Shown here: piece by piece, positions 12,996 to 26,249 of the stretch
How positions within the stretch are numbered: position 1 is the first letter of the stretch
Layout of the letters: each line of letters opens with the position of its first letter
DNA from: Lama guanicoe
Taxonomy: Eukaryota
NCBI GenBank assembly: GCA_013239625.1
Contig: MU053652.1
Span: 2,296,001 to 2,360,000, forward strand
Length of the DNA stretch: 64,000 nt
Direction of reading: 5' to 3'
Position numbers and translations under genes: made by a program
Notes under the pieces: model-generated
Database searches by the model: none
Seen by the model: only the letters and a program-made list of their open reading frames with translations
What the model was told of the DNA's origin: nothing

Positions 12996-14264
12996 CCATC
13001 AGCCCTCCCCTTAATTACTTTATTATTCTTAAGCGTCTAAGCGCTACAAATCCTTAAGCCTGCAGGCTCTTGTTGCATTTTAAATGACCAATCTGAAAGC
13101 ATGTTGTCAATAACTTCCTACGAGAGAGTAAGGAGCAGACAGACACAGGCTGTGACCGCAGGAAGCAGCTCCAGACAGACCCGCAGGAGACAAGAGGCTG
13201 GTGGCTGGACACAAGGTCAGCTGGTCAATACCCTTGGAGCCAGGCCCAGCTCTCTATACCTGGAAGATGGCAGGTAGAGATCACACCAGTAAAGGAAGCC
13301 TTTGCCAAGAACAGGGAGGAGCCAAGAAGGCCAAGAAAAGAAAACACTGATCTTAAGAAATTCTGCTTGAGGAGCTAAGCTCAGTCTAGGAAGGAAATCT
13401 GACTTCGAGGGGAGGGGAGCAGAAGGGTACAGAATTAAAGGGGCACATGCAGAAGAGTGGGGTGCACCTGGGCCTGATGGGGCACCCAGGAATTAACCCT
13501 GGGAAAGAAGAACGGAATCTGGGGGTGGGAAGGCCTGAGGCAGAGCTGGGCCTTTCTCAAGTTCATCCATAAGCGTCAGGGAGGTGCTCATTTGAGCTGG
13601 GCTGGGCAGGGAGCTGGCGAAGCCCTTCTGGCATTTCCTCTGACGTCTGCATCCATTATGTTTGTTGATGTTCTCAGGGAATTGGATTTTAAGACTCCTG
13701 GGTGGGAAAGGACAGGGATAACAGGATTACAGCACTTCCCCTGCCTACAACACACACATACCACACAGAGACTCACAGCAGGGAGGTGAGCTCCTGAAGG
13801 AGTCGGCTCAGAGCAGCAGCTGAGTCCCCTTCCCACAGAGCCACTCCACTGGGGACGTGTCAGTGGTTGCCTTCTGAAGCTGTGGCCTCTGGCAGCATCT
13901 CACAGGGCCCCTGGCTCCTCTCAGAGGGCCCCCTCCCAGCTTTCAGCCCCCAAGAAGCGACTTCAAATACAATGGAAGGGGATGGGGGAGGGGAAGGATG
14001 CCAGAGTTCTCCCTCACCACCCACACCAACTGAGGACTGCAGGGCTGGCTTGGTGTGGGTCTGCGGCACCCAAGTAGGCAGGCTTGCCAACGCCCCCTTC
14101 ACCGTCTGAGATCACTTGGTGGGTATAAAGCTTTGCACTGATTCATCCTACAGACTCTTCCTGAGTAGCAGACACAAAAGGTCAGTGCCCTCACTGAGCT
14201 TACATTCTAGTGGAAGATAGGAAAAAACAACATAAGCACAGACATGAACAAAATCTTATCTCCC

Positions 14265-15047
14265 CAACCTCTTAAGGTTAGAGTGTCCTGGGGCTCAGTC
14301 CTTGGACGTCATCTCTCCTCTCCTGTCCCCGCTCCTCTCTTCCCTCCTGTGCTGTCCTGTCCTCTCTGCTCCTCTCCATCTACACCCACTGATGTCTCCC
14401 ATATGTACGTCTCCAGCCTAGGTGTCTCCCGAACTCAGTTACATCCAAATGGCTACTAAAAATCTCCACTTGGATATACACATATAACCTTAAATTTAAC
14501 GTACTCAAAACTGAACTCCTGATCTTTCTCTCCCCAATCCCAAATCTGCTCCCCACTAAATCCTCCATCTCAATCCATGACCACACATCCTTGCAGTTGC
14601 CTGGCCTAAAATCTTGAAGTCATCCTTGACTATGCTTTTTCTCACACCCCATGTCCAGTTTGTCAAGAAATTCCATAGGCTCTGCCTACAGAATTTAATC
14701 AGAATCCAAAACAACTCAGCCCTACTGTAAAGCACAGGGAACTATATTCAACACCCTGTAATGGCCTATAATGAAAAAGAATATGAAAAGGAATATATAT
14801 ATGTATACACACACACACATAATTGAATCATGATGATGTATACCAAAAACTAACACAACAATAAAAAATTAAAATTCAAGCAAAAAAATTAAATCAGAAT
14901 CCAGTCATTTCTCCCCACTTTACCACTGCCATCTGCAGTTAATCACCACCTTCTCTCACCTGGATCATTGCAGCAGACTCCCAGATGGTCTCTGCCTCCA
15001 GCCTTGCCCCTAGTGTCAGTTCTCAACTCAGCAGCCAGAGGGATCCT
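14265..15047 (+). mobile_element. L2 LINE fragment, interrupted by an L1 3' end
   Basis: atctccacttggat...aaaactgaactcctgatctt...gtcatccttgac...; resumes after 14903 with tctctcacctggat...cagcagccagagggatcct. Confidence 0.9.
14709..14886 (+). mobile_element. 5'-truncated L1 3' UTR inserted in L2
   Basis: cctactgtaaagcacagggaactatattcaa...tataatgaaaaagaatatgaaaagg. TSD aatttaatcagaatcca (14692-14708) / aattaaatcagaatcca (14887-14903), 1 mismatch. Confidence 0.9.
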
Positions 15048-16824
15048 ACGTGGTGGGTACCACATCTCAGGAACTGCCCAGGCACAGAGAGTTACTTGCA
15101 GAGGGCCAGGCAAACTAGGAGAGTTCAGGATCTAATACTAACTCCATCTAATGGGATAGAACAGTCCCTTGAGAAAGTGCTCCTGTCTGAGGAGCCAACA
15201 GACAGAGTTCTGTCCAGAGGGCAAACTCCGTATCTCAAGGACACAACACCCCTGGCAGAAGTTCAAGTAACAGAACGTGAAGGGAAGTCTGAGGCAGAGA
15301 TATGGGATGTTCTAGGGAAGATAAGGGTACAATGATGGGACACTTGCTCAGGTGATTCTCAGCAGTGTGGAGTGGAAAAGGGCCCTACGAAAAATCATTA
15401 GCCTCCCTGAGATTGGGGCTCCTAAGGAAATCCTCCAGGTCTCTTCAATACTGACTTACTCAACCCTGAAGGGGACCAAGACTCCCCATCTGCCTCTGTC
15501 TCAAGGAGCCGTAATCCAGACTGAGACCGAGGACAGTCTCAGGCCAAGGGGCTGGGGGGAAAGAGTGATGCGGAAAGAGGTAAAAGACTGGCACCTGAAA
15601 TTCTGATCCTCATTCTTGAGGATACGAGGGTCTGGGCCTCTTGTCTTTTCCTCTAAGATAGTTATCTGCACCTTCTAGTCCCCCAGTCCTCCAAGAGGTC
15701 TGCAGTGAAATGGACCCAGGGCTTCCTCCAACTCATTTTCCCATGCCCCACTGCCTAAAAACGAAGCAGAAACCAAGGTGAGGCCAAGAGAAAGGACGCA
15801 TGAGCAGGAAAGCTCGGGCTTGGAGATGGGTGGGCCTACACCCATCTGTGGTCTGACTTGACTTCCTGGGACCTGGGATTCTACAGAGGCGTTTAGGGCC
15901 AAATCCCTGTCATAGTAACCAACAGTGCATGGGTTATACAGTCAACACAGACCTCCCTACGGAGCCTGGCAGGGCAGTGGTGCCCAGTTCGGCATCTGGC
16001 TAGCTCCTCACTAGAGTAACAACTCACGCTTGCAGTATAAGGCGTGTGTTTGGCCTGCTGACTATCTAATTGGAAAACTACATGATGGAGAGTCAGTCTG
16101 CGGTCTCTAATTGTCTGATAGTCAATGCCACATTCATTTGCACAGTTTAAACTCCTCTCCTAAGCACCAAATGCAAATATACAGACACTGTAAACCACTA
16201 CTCCCAGGAGCCTGTCTGTCTGAGTGAGTTAGAAGTAGCCTCCCCGTGTCTACTCCCAACATCATCCACAGAGAAAACTCCATGTCCCTTTTGTCCCACT
16301 CTCAGCATTAAGGTTTACCTCCCCTCCCCCTCCCCCATCTCTCCATCCTCCACTTGCTGCCTCTTGGATTGCCCAGAGAGACAGTGTGTGGTCAACACCA
16401 TCTCATCCAGAAGCTGCCTCAAAATCTCCATCTCTCAAGTATCCTGGAGAGGACATGTGGGAGGGGATTATGTCTGGCAGCTGCTGGCTCTGTTTTCTCT
16501 CAAATCTCCACTCTAGCTGCCTTGGAAATCTCTGATTAACTCCCACGTAGGTTGGCAATTAACCAGTGAGGCCTGGCAGAGCCTGAGTACTGGAAGCTCC
16601 AGGATTACCCTTCCTCTGCTTGGTGGGGAAGGAACCCCATAGGAGGGGGTTGCAGGAGGACAGGAAGTTACTGGAGTGCCCATTTCCCAGGGGTTGTGTA
16701 CCCAGCAAAGTGTTCCTTCTGGGCAGGCAAATGCCTAAAGATAGCCATAATTATTTTTTTACCCTGTATATATAAACCTGTGTGTGTGTATTCAAGCAGG
16801 TGAGCACATGGGGAGGGGAGAGGA

Positions 16825-16864
16825 TGGTGTACTGTTGTCAACACTGGTGTACTGTTGTCAACAC
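16825..16864. repeat. Perfect 20-bp tandem duplication (TGGTGTACTGTTGTCAACAC)x2
   Basis: Read directly. Confidence 0.95.
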
Positions 16865-17379
16865 ATGCTGCATTGGGAGGTATCCAGTCTACAATTACAG
16901 AATAAAAATGACCACATGTAGATGTGGCCCAGGACAGAAGTCATCAAAATGGAGGGAAATAGCCTTGCCGGCCACCTGATTTTTTATCTATATGCCAGCA
17001 TGTGTTTGGATGTAGGGAAAGCCTTAACACTCATGAAGTCAGAAGAAACTTTCTGGACAAATAAAAGCACTCACATCAGATGTCTGCTTGGGAATAGTTT
17101 TTAGATTGGCTGAGACATTTTATTTATCGATGTTTAAAAGTGAGCAATGTTGAAAGAACAGCAAATGACAGGCTCTAGATAAACTCCCTATTTCCTCATT
17201 TTTGAAACAATTATTGGTACTTTATATTTAGGCATGAGAAATATAAAGAATAAATATCATGAGGTCCTTGTCTTCACTATTTTCAATCTTCAAAAATATA
17301 AGTCAAAAAAAATTTTCTTTAAGTATTCAAATCAGATACGCGACACCACGTAGATGCTCCCTTAAAAAAATGACTGAAT

Positions 17380-19225
17380 TAACATCAGTTTCCAGGATGC
17401 AGCAGATAAGATAACTGAAAAATTCCCATTAACCAAATACTTTGAAATGCTGCATAAAACAAAATAAACATTCTTTAAATGCTTGGCTGATCTTATTTAA
17501 AAAAAAAAAAGGAAAATCTCTAAACAGAAAAAAATAGGAAGAGGAAGGGAAAAACCAGAGTGAGAAGTGGTACTGAGGCTGTGGCTGCACTTGGAGCACT
17601 TTCTGGTAGTGATTAAAAGAAAAATAAAGAACCTTGGGCTTGAATAGCCATCTAGGCACAAGAGACAAAGCTATGGGCCAGGATGAAATGAGGAATCACA
17701 TCTGAAAGACTACAACACTTGGAAAGCTATGGTCTTTGTGCAAGGATAAACTAGGAAAAAAAAAAACCCATACACTGTCAAAGCAAAGTGGCACAGAAGG
17801 CCATATATCAGGGCCTGGGGTCTGGGTAGCCAAAAAATGTCTTCTTAAAAATGCATAACTGTAGGCCTGCCTTATACTACCTGCATAGTCTCAGAACCTC
17901 CCAACTGAGAAGTCACACAGAAGTGGCCCCATCCAGCAATGCCCTGAGCACATGACAGAAACAAATGTAAAGCATCTCTAGAGGGATATACACTTACACG
18001 CACTGCACAGGATGCACTGATAAAGCTCCACTATGTAGCAGCTGATCAGCCCAGATCACAAAATACATGAGGTACAAAGAGAGAGGCAACAGGAATCACT
18101 GGCAACAACAAACAACAGAATCTGACCCACCGGAGTTTTAGTTCATAGAAATATTCAGTGCAAGCTGTAAAACCATTTATAATATAAACTAAAGTGTCAC
18201 AGGGAGAAATGAGTCAGATGATTTTTTAAACTGCATGGAATGTCTACAAATAAATTTTGCAGTCATTAAATTTTAAAATGCAATAAAGTCCATTGTTTCT
18301 AGTACAAGAACTTGCAGGATGGCTGGATAGATTTTTCCTCTAAAAAGAAAAAAAAATGCTAGATAATTTTTTAACTTTCTTTAAAAATCTCAAGAGCTGA
18401 CAACTAAGGAGTTATCAGGTCAAAACCTCCGTGACAAAAAGAATCAAGAATCTTGAGATTACATTTGTCCTGAAGGCATTTGCCAAAGTAAGAGAACTGG
18501 AACCTTAACTTTGCTCAGCCTCATGAGGCTTAGAAGATAAAAGGCAAAGCCCCAAACCTGCCCAACATGGGAAGTCCAAGAGTGAAGCTCTTCCTGTAAG
18601 GTTGGGAAGAGCCCACAAGAAGTCAACAAAATCCTCTCTGGAAGAATGGACCTTTATCCTAGGACTCAAAGAAATACCACAAATAATTACCTATAAAAAT
18701 GTTGCCACTTTTAGTCAAAAATAACCAAGTACACAAGGGAGCAAAGCACTGTGAATAAAAATAAGCAGAAATAACATGCAGCAGAAACAGACCTTCAAAG
18801 GCATCACATAGTAAAATTACAGTGTTATATTATAAAAGAAATACTTGTTCTTTAAATAAATAAAAGATAAGCTTGAAAAAAATCTGCAAGCTAGCAGAAA
18901 CTTTTCCAACTGACTAAGCAGATTTGAGAAAAAAACAAATTGGAACTCCAGCGTTAAAGATAAATTAGAATTAAAAACTCAGTGGATGAATTTCACAGCA
19001 GTTTACCCAATCTGAAAAGGGACTTAGTAACATAGAAGATGTATTAGAAGGAAGCAACTCCGTGGAAAAATGGGATCGTGAAACACAGTTTACAGAAAAA
19101 GAAACGGAAAGGCTTCAGGCTTCTGCCTAGGATACAGAACGTTCAATACTCACACTCACAATAAAAAAATCACCAAGCAGGCTGAAAACTGACTGTTTTT
19201 CTTGAGCCCATCAGACAGCTGAGTT
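17380..19225 (+). mobile_element. Highly degraded old L1 5' UTR/ORF1-region fragments
   Basis: A-rich + strand with ORF1-like segments (e.g. attaaaaactcagtggatgaatttcacagcag). Several fragments, boundaries approximate. Confidence 0.55.
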
Positions 19226-19234
19226 CACAGCATA

Positions 19235-19560
19235 CAGGAGGCTGGGGGAAATAGGAAGAGCCTGGTAAAAGGGTACAGACTTTCAGTTATAACATGAAGA
19301 AGGTCTGAAGAGCTAATGCATAAGATGATGACTACGATTGATAATACTGAACTGTATAATTGAAATTTGCTAAGAGAGCAGAATTTAAGTATTCTCACAA
19401 AAAAAAAGGGTAAATATGTGAGGTGACAGATTTATTAATTAACTCAAATGTGGAAATCCTTCTATAATGCATATATATATCAAATCATCACATTGTACAT
19501 TTTAAATATTACAATTTTATTTGTCAATGATATCTCAATAAAGCTGAAAAAAAAATTTAA
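19235..19560 (+). mobile_element. L1MA9-like 3' UTR with A tail
   Basis: gggtacagactttcagttataa...aaatttgctaagagag...tatgtgaggtga...atcaaatcatcacattgtac...atctcaataaagctgaaaaaaaaa. Confidence 0.85.
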
Positions 19561-20060
19561 ATAAAATAATTCGAAATGGAAAACTGTTGACTAGAACACT
19601 GCGAATCAAAATTTCTGGAAACTATGCCAGAGGAATGCTTCCAGTCTTAAAATGTATTCATTAGATAAAAAGAGAAAATGGAAACTTTATAACCACAAAA
19701 TTGAAAAATAAAATGAACAACTTTTTAGCAAAACTTTTAAAAACTGACCCAAGAAAAATAGAATATACACTAATTGTTAAAGTAATTAAATCAGTGGTTA
19801 AAACTCATTTGGGGGGTGGGTGAATCCCTCGGCCAGACTGTCATGTAAGCATATTCTACCAAACCCTCAAGAAATAAATCATTTCAACCTTATTCAAAAG
19901 GTTTCAAACAGGAGAAAAAGGAATAAAACACATCAACTTATGAGGCTTCCAAAACTTTGATACCAGAATCAAACAAGGATAATACAAGAAGGAAACATTT
20001 CAGGCCAAACTCATTCATGAAAAGAGATGTAAATTATGTTGAATAAAATTTTAACAAATG

Positions 20061-20200
20061 GGGGGAGGGGATAGCTCATATGGTAGGGCGCATGCTTCCC
20101 ATGCACTAGGTCCTGGGTTCAATCCCCAGTACCTCCTCTAAAAATTAAATAAAATAAATAAAACTAATTACCTCCCTCCCCCCTCCAAGTGCCCCCCCCC
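20061..20200 (+). mobile_element. vic-1-like tRNA-Ala-derived SINE
   Basis: gggggaggggatagctcatatggtagggcgcatgc...ggtcctgggttcaatccccagtacctcc, tail ctaattacc. Perfect TSD aaaattttaacaaatg (20045-20060 / 20201-20216). Confidence 0.92.
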
Positions 20201-21840
20201 AAAATTTTAACAAATGGAATCAATGTTTAAAATCTCAATATATCACAACCATGTAAGATTTATCTCACAAAGGCAAGAAAATTCAGTACTAGAATATCTA
20301 CCAATGTAATCACATTAAGAGAAGGTAGTAAAAGTACATAATCAACTAGAGATAGATAATCTTTTGGTTAAAAACGCATTAGGTACTCAAAAAATCTTAT
20401 CAAACTAGAAATAGAAGGGATCTTCTTAATAGCCACCAAAAACTTTATCGAACATTGTACTTATGGTGAAACAGAAGCATTTCTTTTTAAAATCAGGAGC
20501 AAGGTAAGAACACCACTTGCATTGTCTCTAAGCATTTTACTAGAAGTAAAAAACTACAATTATTCACAAATAATATAATTTCCATATAAGAGGTCCAAGA
20601 CTATTTTAAAATAATTAAAATTAATAGGAGAATTCAGAAAAGTTGTGGGACATAAACTTATTATACAAAAACCTATATATATCAACATCAAATAGCTAGA
20701 CCATTTAATTTCAAAAATACAACTTATAATTAAAAAAAACTTATAAAGTATCTAAGACCAAATCTAATAATAGGTGTATAAGATCCTTATAGATGAATTA
20801 TGAAACACTATTTCATGCCATTAAAGATGACCTAAAAAATTGAAAAGTATTCAATGTTAAAGGCTATAAAGACTAAATAGCATAAAGATACTGATTTTTC
20901 CCCAAACAAGAGTAAAATTTAGTGAAAGTTCAATCAAAAGTCCATAGAAATTGATAACTTCTAGGAGAAGTAAATGATCAAAAGAGCCAAGATAATTTGA
21001 AAAAGAGAAATCAAGTGGGTGGAATTGCCCTCCCTGAAATCAAGACTACTAATAAGGTTAGAATAATCAAGACAATGTTGGCATAGGGAGAAGCATTAGA
21101 TTAATTAGGGAGAATCAAGAGTCCAAAGAGTGACTTGTGTATATAAAAATAACCTGACAGATGACAGAGGTGGCATTGCAGATCAGCAAGGGGGTAAGAA
21201 TGGAACATTTAATAAATGGTCCTGGGACAATTATCCATATGGAAATATAACTGATCTGGTTGCTACCTCACATCTTATACACAAAAAAATAAGTTGCAAA
21301 TGGATTAAGACCTCCCATATGTGAAAAGCAAAACTTTTAGAAATACTTAAACCATGGGAAAACATTTTGTAACCTTTAGGAAGGAAAGTAAGCAAGACAC
21401 AAAAAGCACATACTGTTAAAGAAAAGACTGGTGAATTCAATCAGGTTAAAACGAAAAATTTGGGGCATCCAAAGGCACGATAAACACAGTTAACATGCAG
21501 ATCATAGACACAGAGAAGTTACTTGCAATGCCCATAAACAATACAGAAATTCTATCTGTAAAATATAAGAAACTCCTGTAAATAGTAAGATAAACCACCC
21601 AGCAGACAAATGGACAATGAATATGAATAGAGATTCATTAAAGACTGTACCAAAATACTCAAAAAGCATATTTTTAATTGCTTGACAACACCAGAAGACA
21701 AGGAATACAAATTCAAACCACAATGCAATTCTATTTCATACTCATTAGATTCGCAAAAATTGTGACACTATGGATGCTGGCAATGATGTGGCGCAATAGG
21801 AAAAATTCTCTTACGAAGCGAATAGAGGAAGGGTAGTACA

Positions 21841-21900
21841 ATCTGGGAGGGGTATGATCTGGGGTGGAATATGATCTGGGGTGGGGATATGATCTGAGGG
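21841..21900. repeat. Short G-rich minisatellite, ~3.5 copies of a 16-18 bp unit (ATCTGGGGTGG..ATATG)
   Basis: atctgggaggggtatg / atctggggtggaatatg / atctggggtggggatatg / atctgaggg. Confidence 0.8.
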
Positions 21901-22014
21901 TATACATGGGCAGGGCAGCTTTGTAATTTTTTTTTCTTACATGCTGGGTAGTGGGCTCATAGTGGTTTTTGTAATGTTCATTGTATCTTTTTATATGGCT
22001 GAGTACTTTTTAGA

Positions 22015-23518
22015 TTTGCTTTTCTTTAACTTTGAATTTAGAAATAATTACAGATTCACAGGAAGTTGCAAACGTAGTACAAAGTATTCTACACTCAATT
22101 TCCCCCAATGGTTACATGTTACATAACAATAATACAATATCAAAACAAGGATACTGACATTAGTACACGTGTGTTACAGTTCTACGTCAACTCACCACAT
22201 GTGTAGATTCATGTAACCACCACTGTAATCAAGACATAAAACTATATTGTAATCACAAAGATTTCCCTCACACCATCCCTTTAGAATCACACTGTCCCTC
22301 CCCACACTAGTCTCCACCATCCCTAACCCCTGACAGCCACTAATTTGCTCTCCAACTCCATACTTTTGCTCTTTGAAATGTTATACAAATGTATCTTTTG
22401 AGATTGGCTTTTTTCTCTCAAAATAAATGCCCTTGAGATCCACTCAAGTTGCTGTGTGTATGAACAATTCCTTTTCATCTCTGAGTACTGGTCCATGGTT
22501 CATATAACCACTAGCCTGTTGTAGTACATTTCAGTTGTCCCCAGCTTGGGGCTGTTACAAACAAAGCTGCTATAAGCAGTTATGTAGAGGGTTTGTGTGG
22601 ACTTAAGTTTTTCATTTCTCCAGGATAAATGCCTAGGACTGTAATTGCTGGGTGATATGGTAAGTGTATATTAATATTTTTAAAGAAATTGTCAAATTAT
22701 ATTCCAAAGCGGCCATTTTCCTTTCTCAACAGCAACGTTATGAGAGACCCAGTTTTGCCACATCCTCAGCAGCGTTTGACATTGTCATTATTTTTTTATT
22801 TTAGCTGTCCTGGTGGGTATGTAGGGATGTCCCATCATGGTCTTAACTGCATTTCCCTGACAACCAAGGATGTTGAACAGTTTTTCATGTGCTTATTTGC
22901 CATCTCTATGTCCTTTTTGATGAAATGTCTCTCCATATCCTTTATCTGTTTTCTAATTATATTGTTTGGTTTTTTAGTGTTGAGTTTTAAGATTTCTTTG
23001 TATAGTCTACATGTAAGTTCTTTGTCAGATATGTGGTTTGCAAATATTTTCTCCCAGTCTATAGCTTATCTTTCCATTCCCTTAACAGGATCTTAAAGAA
23101 AGTAAAAGATTCTAATTTTGATGAAGTTCAATTTATCAATTTTTTTTCTTTTATGTATAATGCTTTTGGTGTCATGTCTAAGAATTCTTTGTCAGGCCCT
23201 ATATTTTTCTTCTAAATGTTTTATATTTTTATCTTTTACATTTATATCTATATATTCCATTTTTAGTTAATTGTTGTATAAGTTATAATATTAAGACTTT
23301 TTTTTTTGGCCTATGGATATCCAATTACACCAGCATCATTTGTGGAAAAGATATATACTTCCTCCATTGAAATATGTTTGCACCTTTGTCAAAAATCAGT
23401 TGGCCGTACTTGCGTGGGGCTATTTCTGAGTTCTCTGTTCTATTCCAATGACCTATGTGTCTATCCTTCTACCAACACCACACTGCCTTGGTTTCTGTGC
23501 TATATAGTAAATTGAAAT
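22015..23518 (-). mobile_element. Old L1 (L1MC/MD-like) 3' UTR + distal ORF2, antisense
   Basis: T-rich antisense L1 motifs: agattcacaggaagttgcaaa, tttttcatgtgcttatttgccatc, tttgcaaatattttctcccagtct, gcacctttgtcaaaaatcagttggcc. Confidence 0.9.
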
Positions 23519-24394
23519 ATATGCAAGATTGGTTCAACATTTAAAAATCAGAGGTCCTGGGTTCGATCCCCAGCACCTCTATTAAAAATAAATACATAAA
23601 TAAATAAACCTAATTACCCCCCCAACATTAAAAACTTTAAAAATCAATCAATCAATGTAATTTACACACACAGACTAAAGAAGAAAAATCGCACAGTCAT
23701 ATATGTTGACTCAGGAAAGATGCTGACAAATTCAATGCCTGTTTATGATTTTAAGCTTTCAGAAAACTAGGAACAGAGAGGAATCTCCTCAACATCTACA
23801 AAAAAGACACAACTAACATCATACTTAATAGTGAAAGATTGAATGCTTTCCTTCTAAGATCAGGAATTACGCAAGGCTGACCACTCTCACCACTGCTATT
23901 CAACATAATACTGAAAGTTTTAGCCAATGCACTAAGCAAGAAAAGGAAATAAAAGCCATGCAGATCAGAAAGAAAGAAATTAAACTGTCCCTATCTGCAG
24001 ATGACAAGATCACCTGGGCAGAAAAATCACAGACTCTAGCCCTCCTCAAAAAAAAAAACCCTCTTAGAATGAACGAATTTGCAAGGTCAGAGGATACAAC
24101 ATTAACATATGTATTTCTATATACCAGCAATGAACAACACAGAAATCAAAATTTAAATTACAATGCTATTTACAATCCTCAAGAAGAAATGAAATACTTA
24201 GGTATAAATCTTTTTAAAATGTACAAAACTTGTATGCAAAACACAAGTGAAAGAAATCAAAGAAGACCTAACTACAAGAAGAGACACACTGTGTTCATGG
24301 TTTGGAAGACTCAACATAGCAAAGATGTTGATTCTCCCCCAAATTGATATGCAGGTTTAATACAATTCCTAGCAAAATTCCAGCAAGATTTTTG
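23519..24394 (+). mobile_element. L1 ORF2 RT-region fragment (probable inverted 5' part of the 22015-23518 element)
   Basis: ORF 23958-24347 reads QIRKKEIKLSLSADDKI, the degraded RT 'KLSLFADDMI' motif. Also atgcaagattggttcaacat and ccactctcaccactgctattcaacata. Confidence 0.9.
23551..23635 (+). mobile_element. 5'-truncated vic-1-like SINE
   Basis: gaggtcctgggttcgatccccagcacctc...aaataaacctaattacccc. Direct repeat tttaaaaatca at 23540-23550 and 23636-23646. Confidence 0.88.
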
Positions 24395-26044
24395 GTCAAT
24401 GTTTTATAATTTTACACAGTATTTTAGGTCAATCAGTTTTTATGGATTTCAAATGAAAGAATGAATATCCACGTGCATGTGTGGACATGTGATAAGGCTT
24501 TAATTCAATTAGTGTAACACAGCTCACTGTTGTGCTTGGCTCTTTATGAAGGGTGAGTGGGGGGTGAGAGTTGAAAATGTCCTCCTCCCCAATTAAGTTC
24601 AATTTATATGAAATACAAAATAGAACTGCACGTCAAACAAAGAAGCGTGTGGACCACTGGGTGCTACCTCCTGAGTCCAGAAACACTTTCACTTTGCCTT
24701 TTCTCCCTTCACCTTCATCTGAGGCCAACATGGGAGATATTTCTCTCCCTCATGGCTGCCCTTCAGCACAAAACTGAGCATGACGAGGTCCCAGGAAATT
24801 CCAGAACTGACTCCTACTCTAGTGACTCTACTGCATCACTTTCCTCTTGGCCTCTGCCAAGCTAAGAGAGATCCAAAATCTACCTAGGCCATTTTAGACC
24901 CACATAGCACTCTTCCTTGCCTGCGTCCTGCCCAGCCAGGAATGCTGTGTCCTCTTTTATCTTCCTCCAACAGTTGTTCTCTGCATCCACACTCCCACTG
25001 GCACACAGGTGTCCTGGTCTCATTATGGAACACTCATTAATATTCACCACGGGTACCCTTGTGGGTGTCCTCCCTACTCACAGGTGTGTCTAGACTTCCC
25101 TGAAGATCAGCACTGAGAAAAGCAGATTAAAAATCAGTGGTGAATCAACAGGGAAAGTACAGAGCTCTGATGTGGAGCCCAGAGCCACGGGGCTGAGGGG
25201 GCATCGGGAGTGGTTTGACTGTGATGCCACTCAAAAGTCAGTTTGACAGAAGATCCTAGAAGAAAGTCAAATTCCATTAAACAATTGGCCTTGGTGGTGG
25301 TGGCTGGGAATTTGGTTGGTTGAAAATCCGAACATAATTCAGCAAATTTCACTGCTCACATTTAAATCCAGAGATCCTGACACTGTGTAAACATAGCCCT
25401 GATTGGACCCCACTGAGCTCTATGACTTTGCTACAGGGCAACTTGAAATGCTCTGCAATTGTTCACATGGTACTCATGGCCGCAGCACTGGCTCTGACTT
25501 CACTGCCAACAGTGGACAGGATGAACTATAATTAATGAATCAATGACTCTGAGTGCCCAGTGCCATACTTTGCACATTGGTAGGTAAATGTCAAACCAGC
25601 TATGGCCACCAAGATCTTACAACCTAACGACAGGGGAGAAGAGCAGTCACATAAGAAGCTGAGAACTCTTCAATAATGTACTGATGTCGCATTGGCAGAT
25701 AAGTTAAAAGGGGACTGGTCAGAATAAACAAAAATGACAAGAGACTTCATGGCCGGGGCAAGATTTTCTTCTGGGTCTTGCAGGATGGCTAGTGATTCGG
25801 TGGGAGGAGAGAACAGAAGCTGTGTGAAGCCGAAGGAATTCACCAGCTCCCCAGAGGGAGCCGGACAATCGGCTGCCATGCACACATCCAGGGCCACCAT
25901 GAGCGGGAAGAACGTGGAAATAACAGCCATCGCAAGTGACCCAGATGGATCCCCACCCCACCAGTTCTCCCTGGAACTTACAGGACTAGCCACCAAGACT
26001 TTGGAAAAGCACAACTCAGCGAGAGAAGCAAAGACTTGGTTGTA

Positions 26045-26195
26045 AGACCGACTCAAGTCCAGGCCAGCTACTTCTACTCACTAAGCCTCGGTTTCCTTGT
26101 GTTCCAAATGGGAACCAAACCCACAGGACGGTCGTGAAGAATAAATAAAGTCAGGCTTGCATGCTGTCTGGAGCACAATACGCACTTCATAAAAA
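26045..26195 (+). mobile_element. MIR fragment
   Basis: ctaagcctcggtttccttgtgttccaaatggga...cacaggacggtcgtgaagaataaataa. Confidence 0.6.
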
Positions 26196-26249
26196 GACAC
26201 TCTTTTTACTGTGTAATATGGTCAATATTCATGTCGACTTGTCCACATG

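Larger units (their letters stand above)
19570..22010 (+). mobile_element. Old L1 ORF2 and 3' region remnant
   Basis: Colinear degraded ORF2 motifs (aactagaaatagaagggatcttcttaa; aataaatggtcctgggacaatt; aaatggattaagacc; aattcaaaccacaatg) with many stops. Confidence 0.85.
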
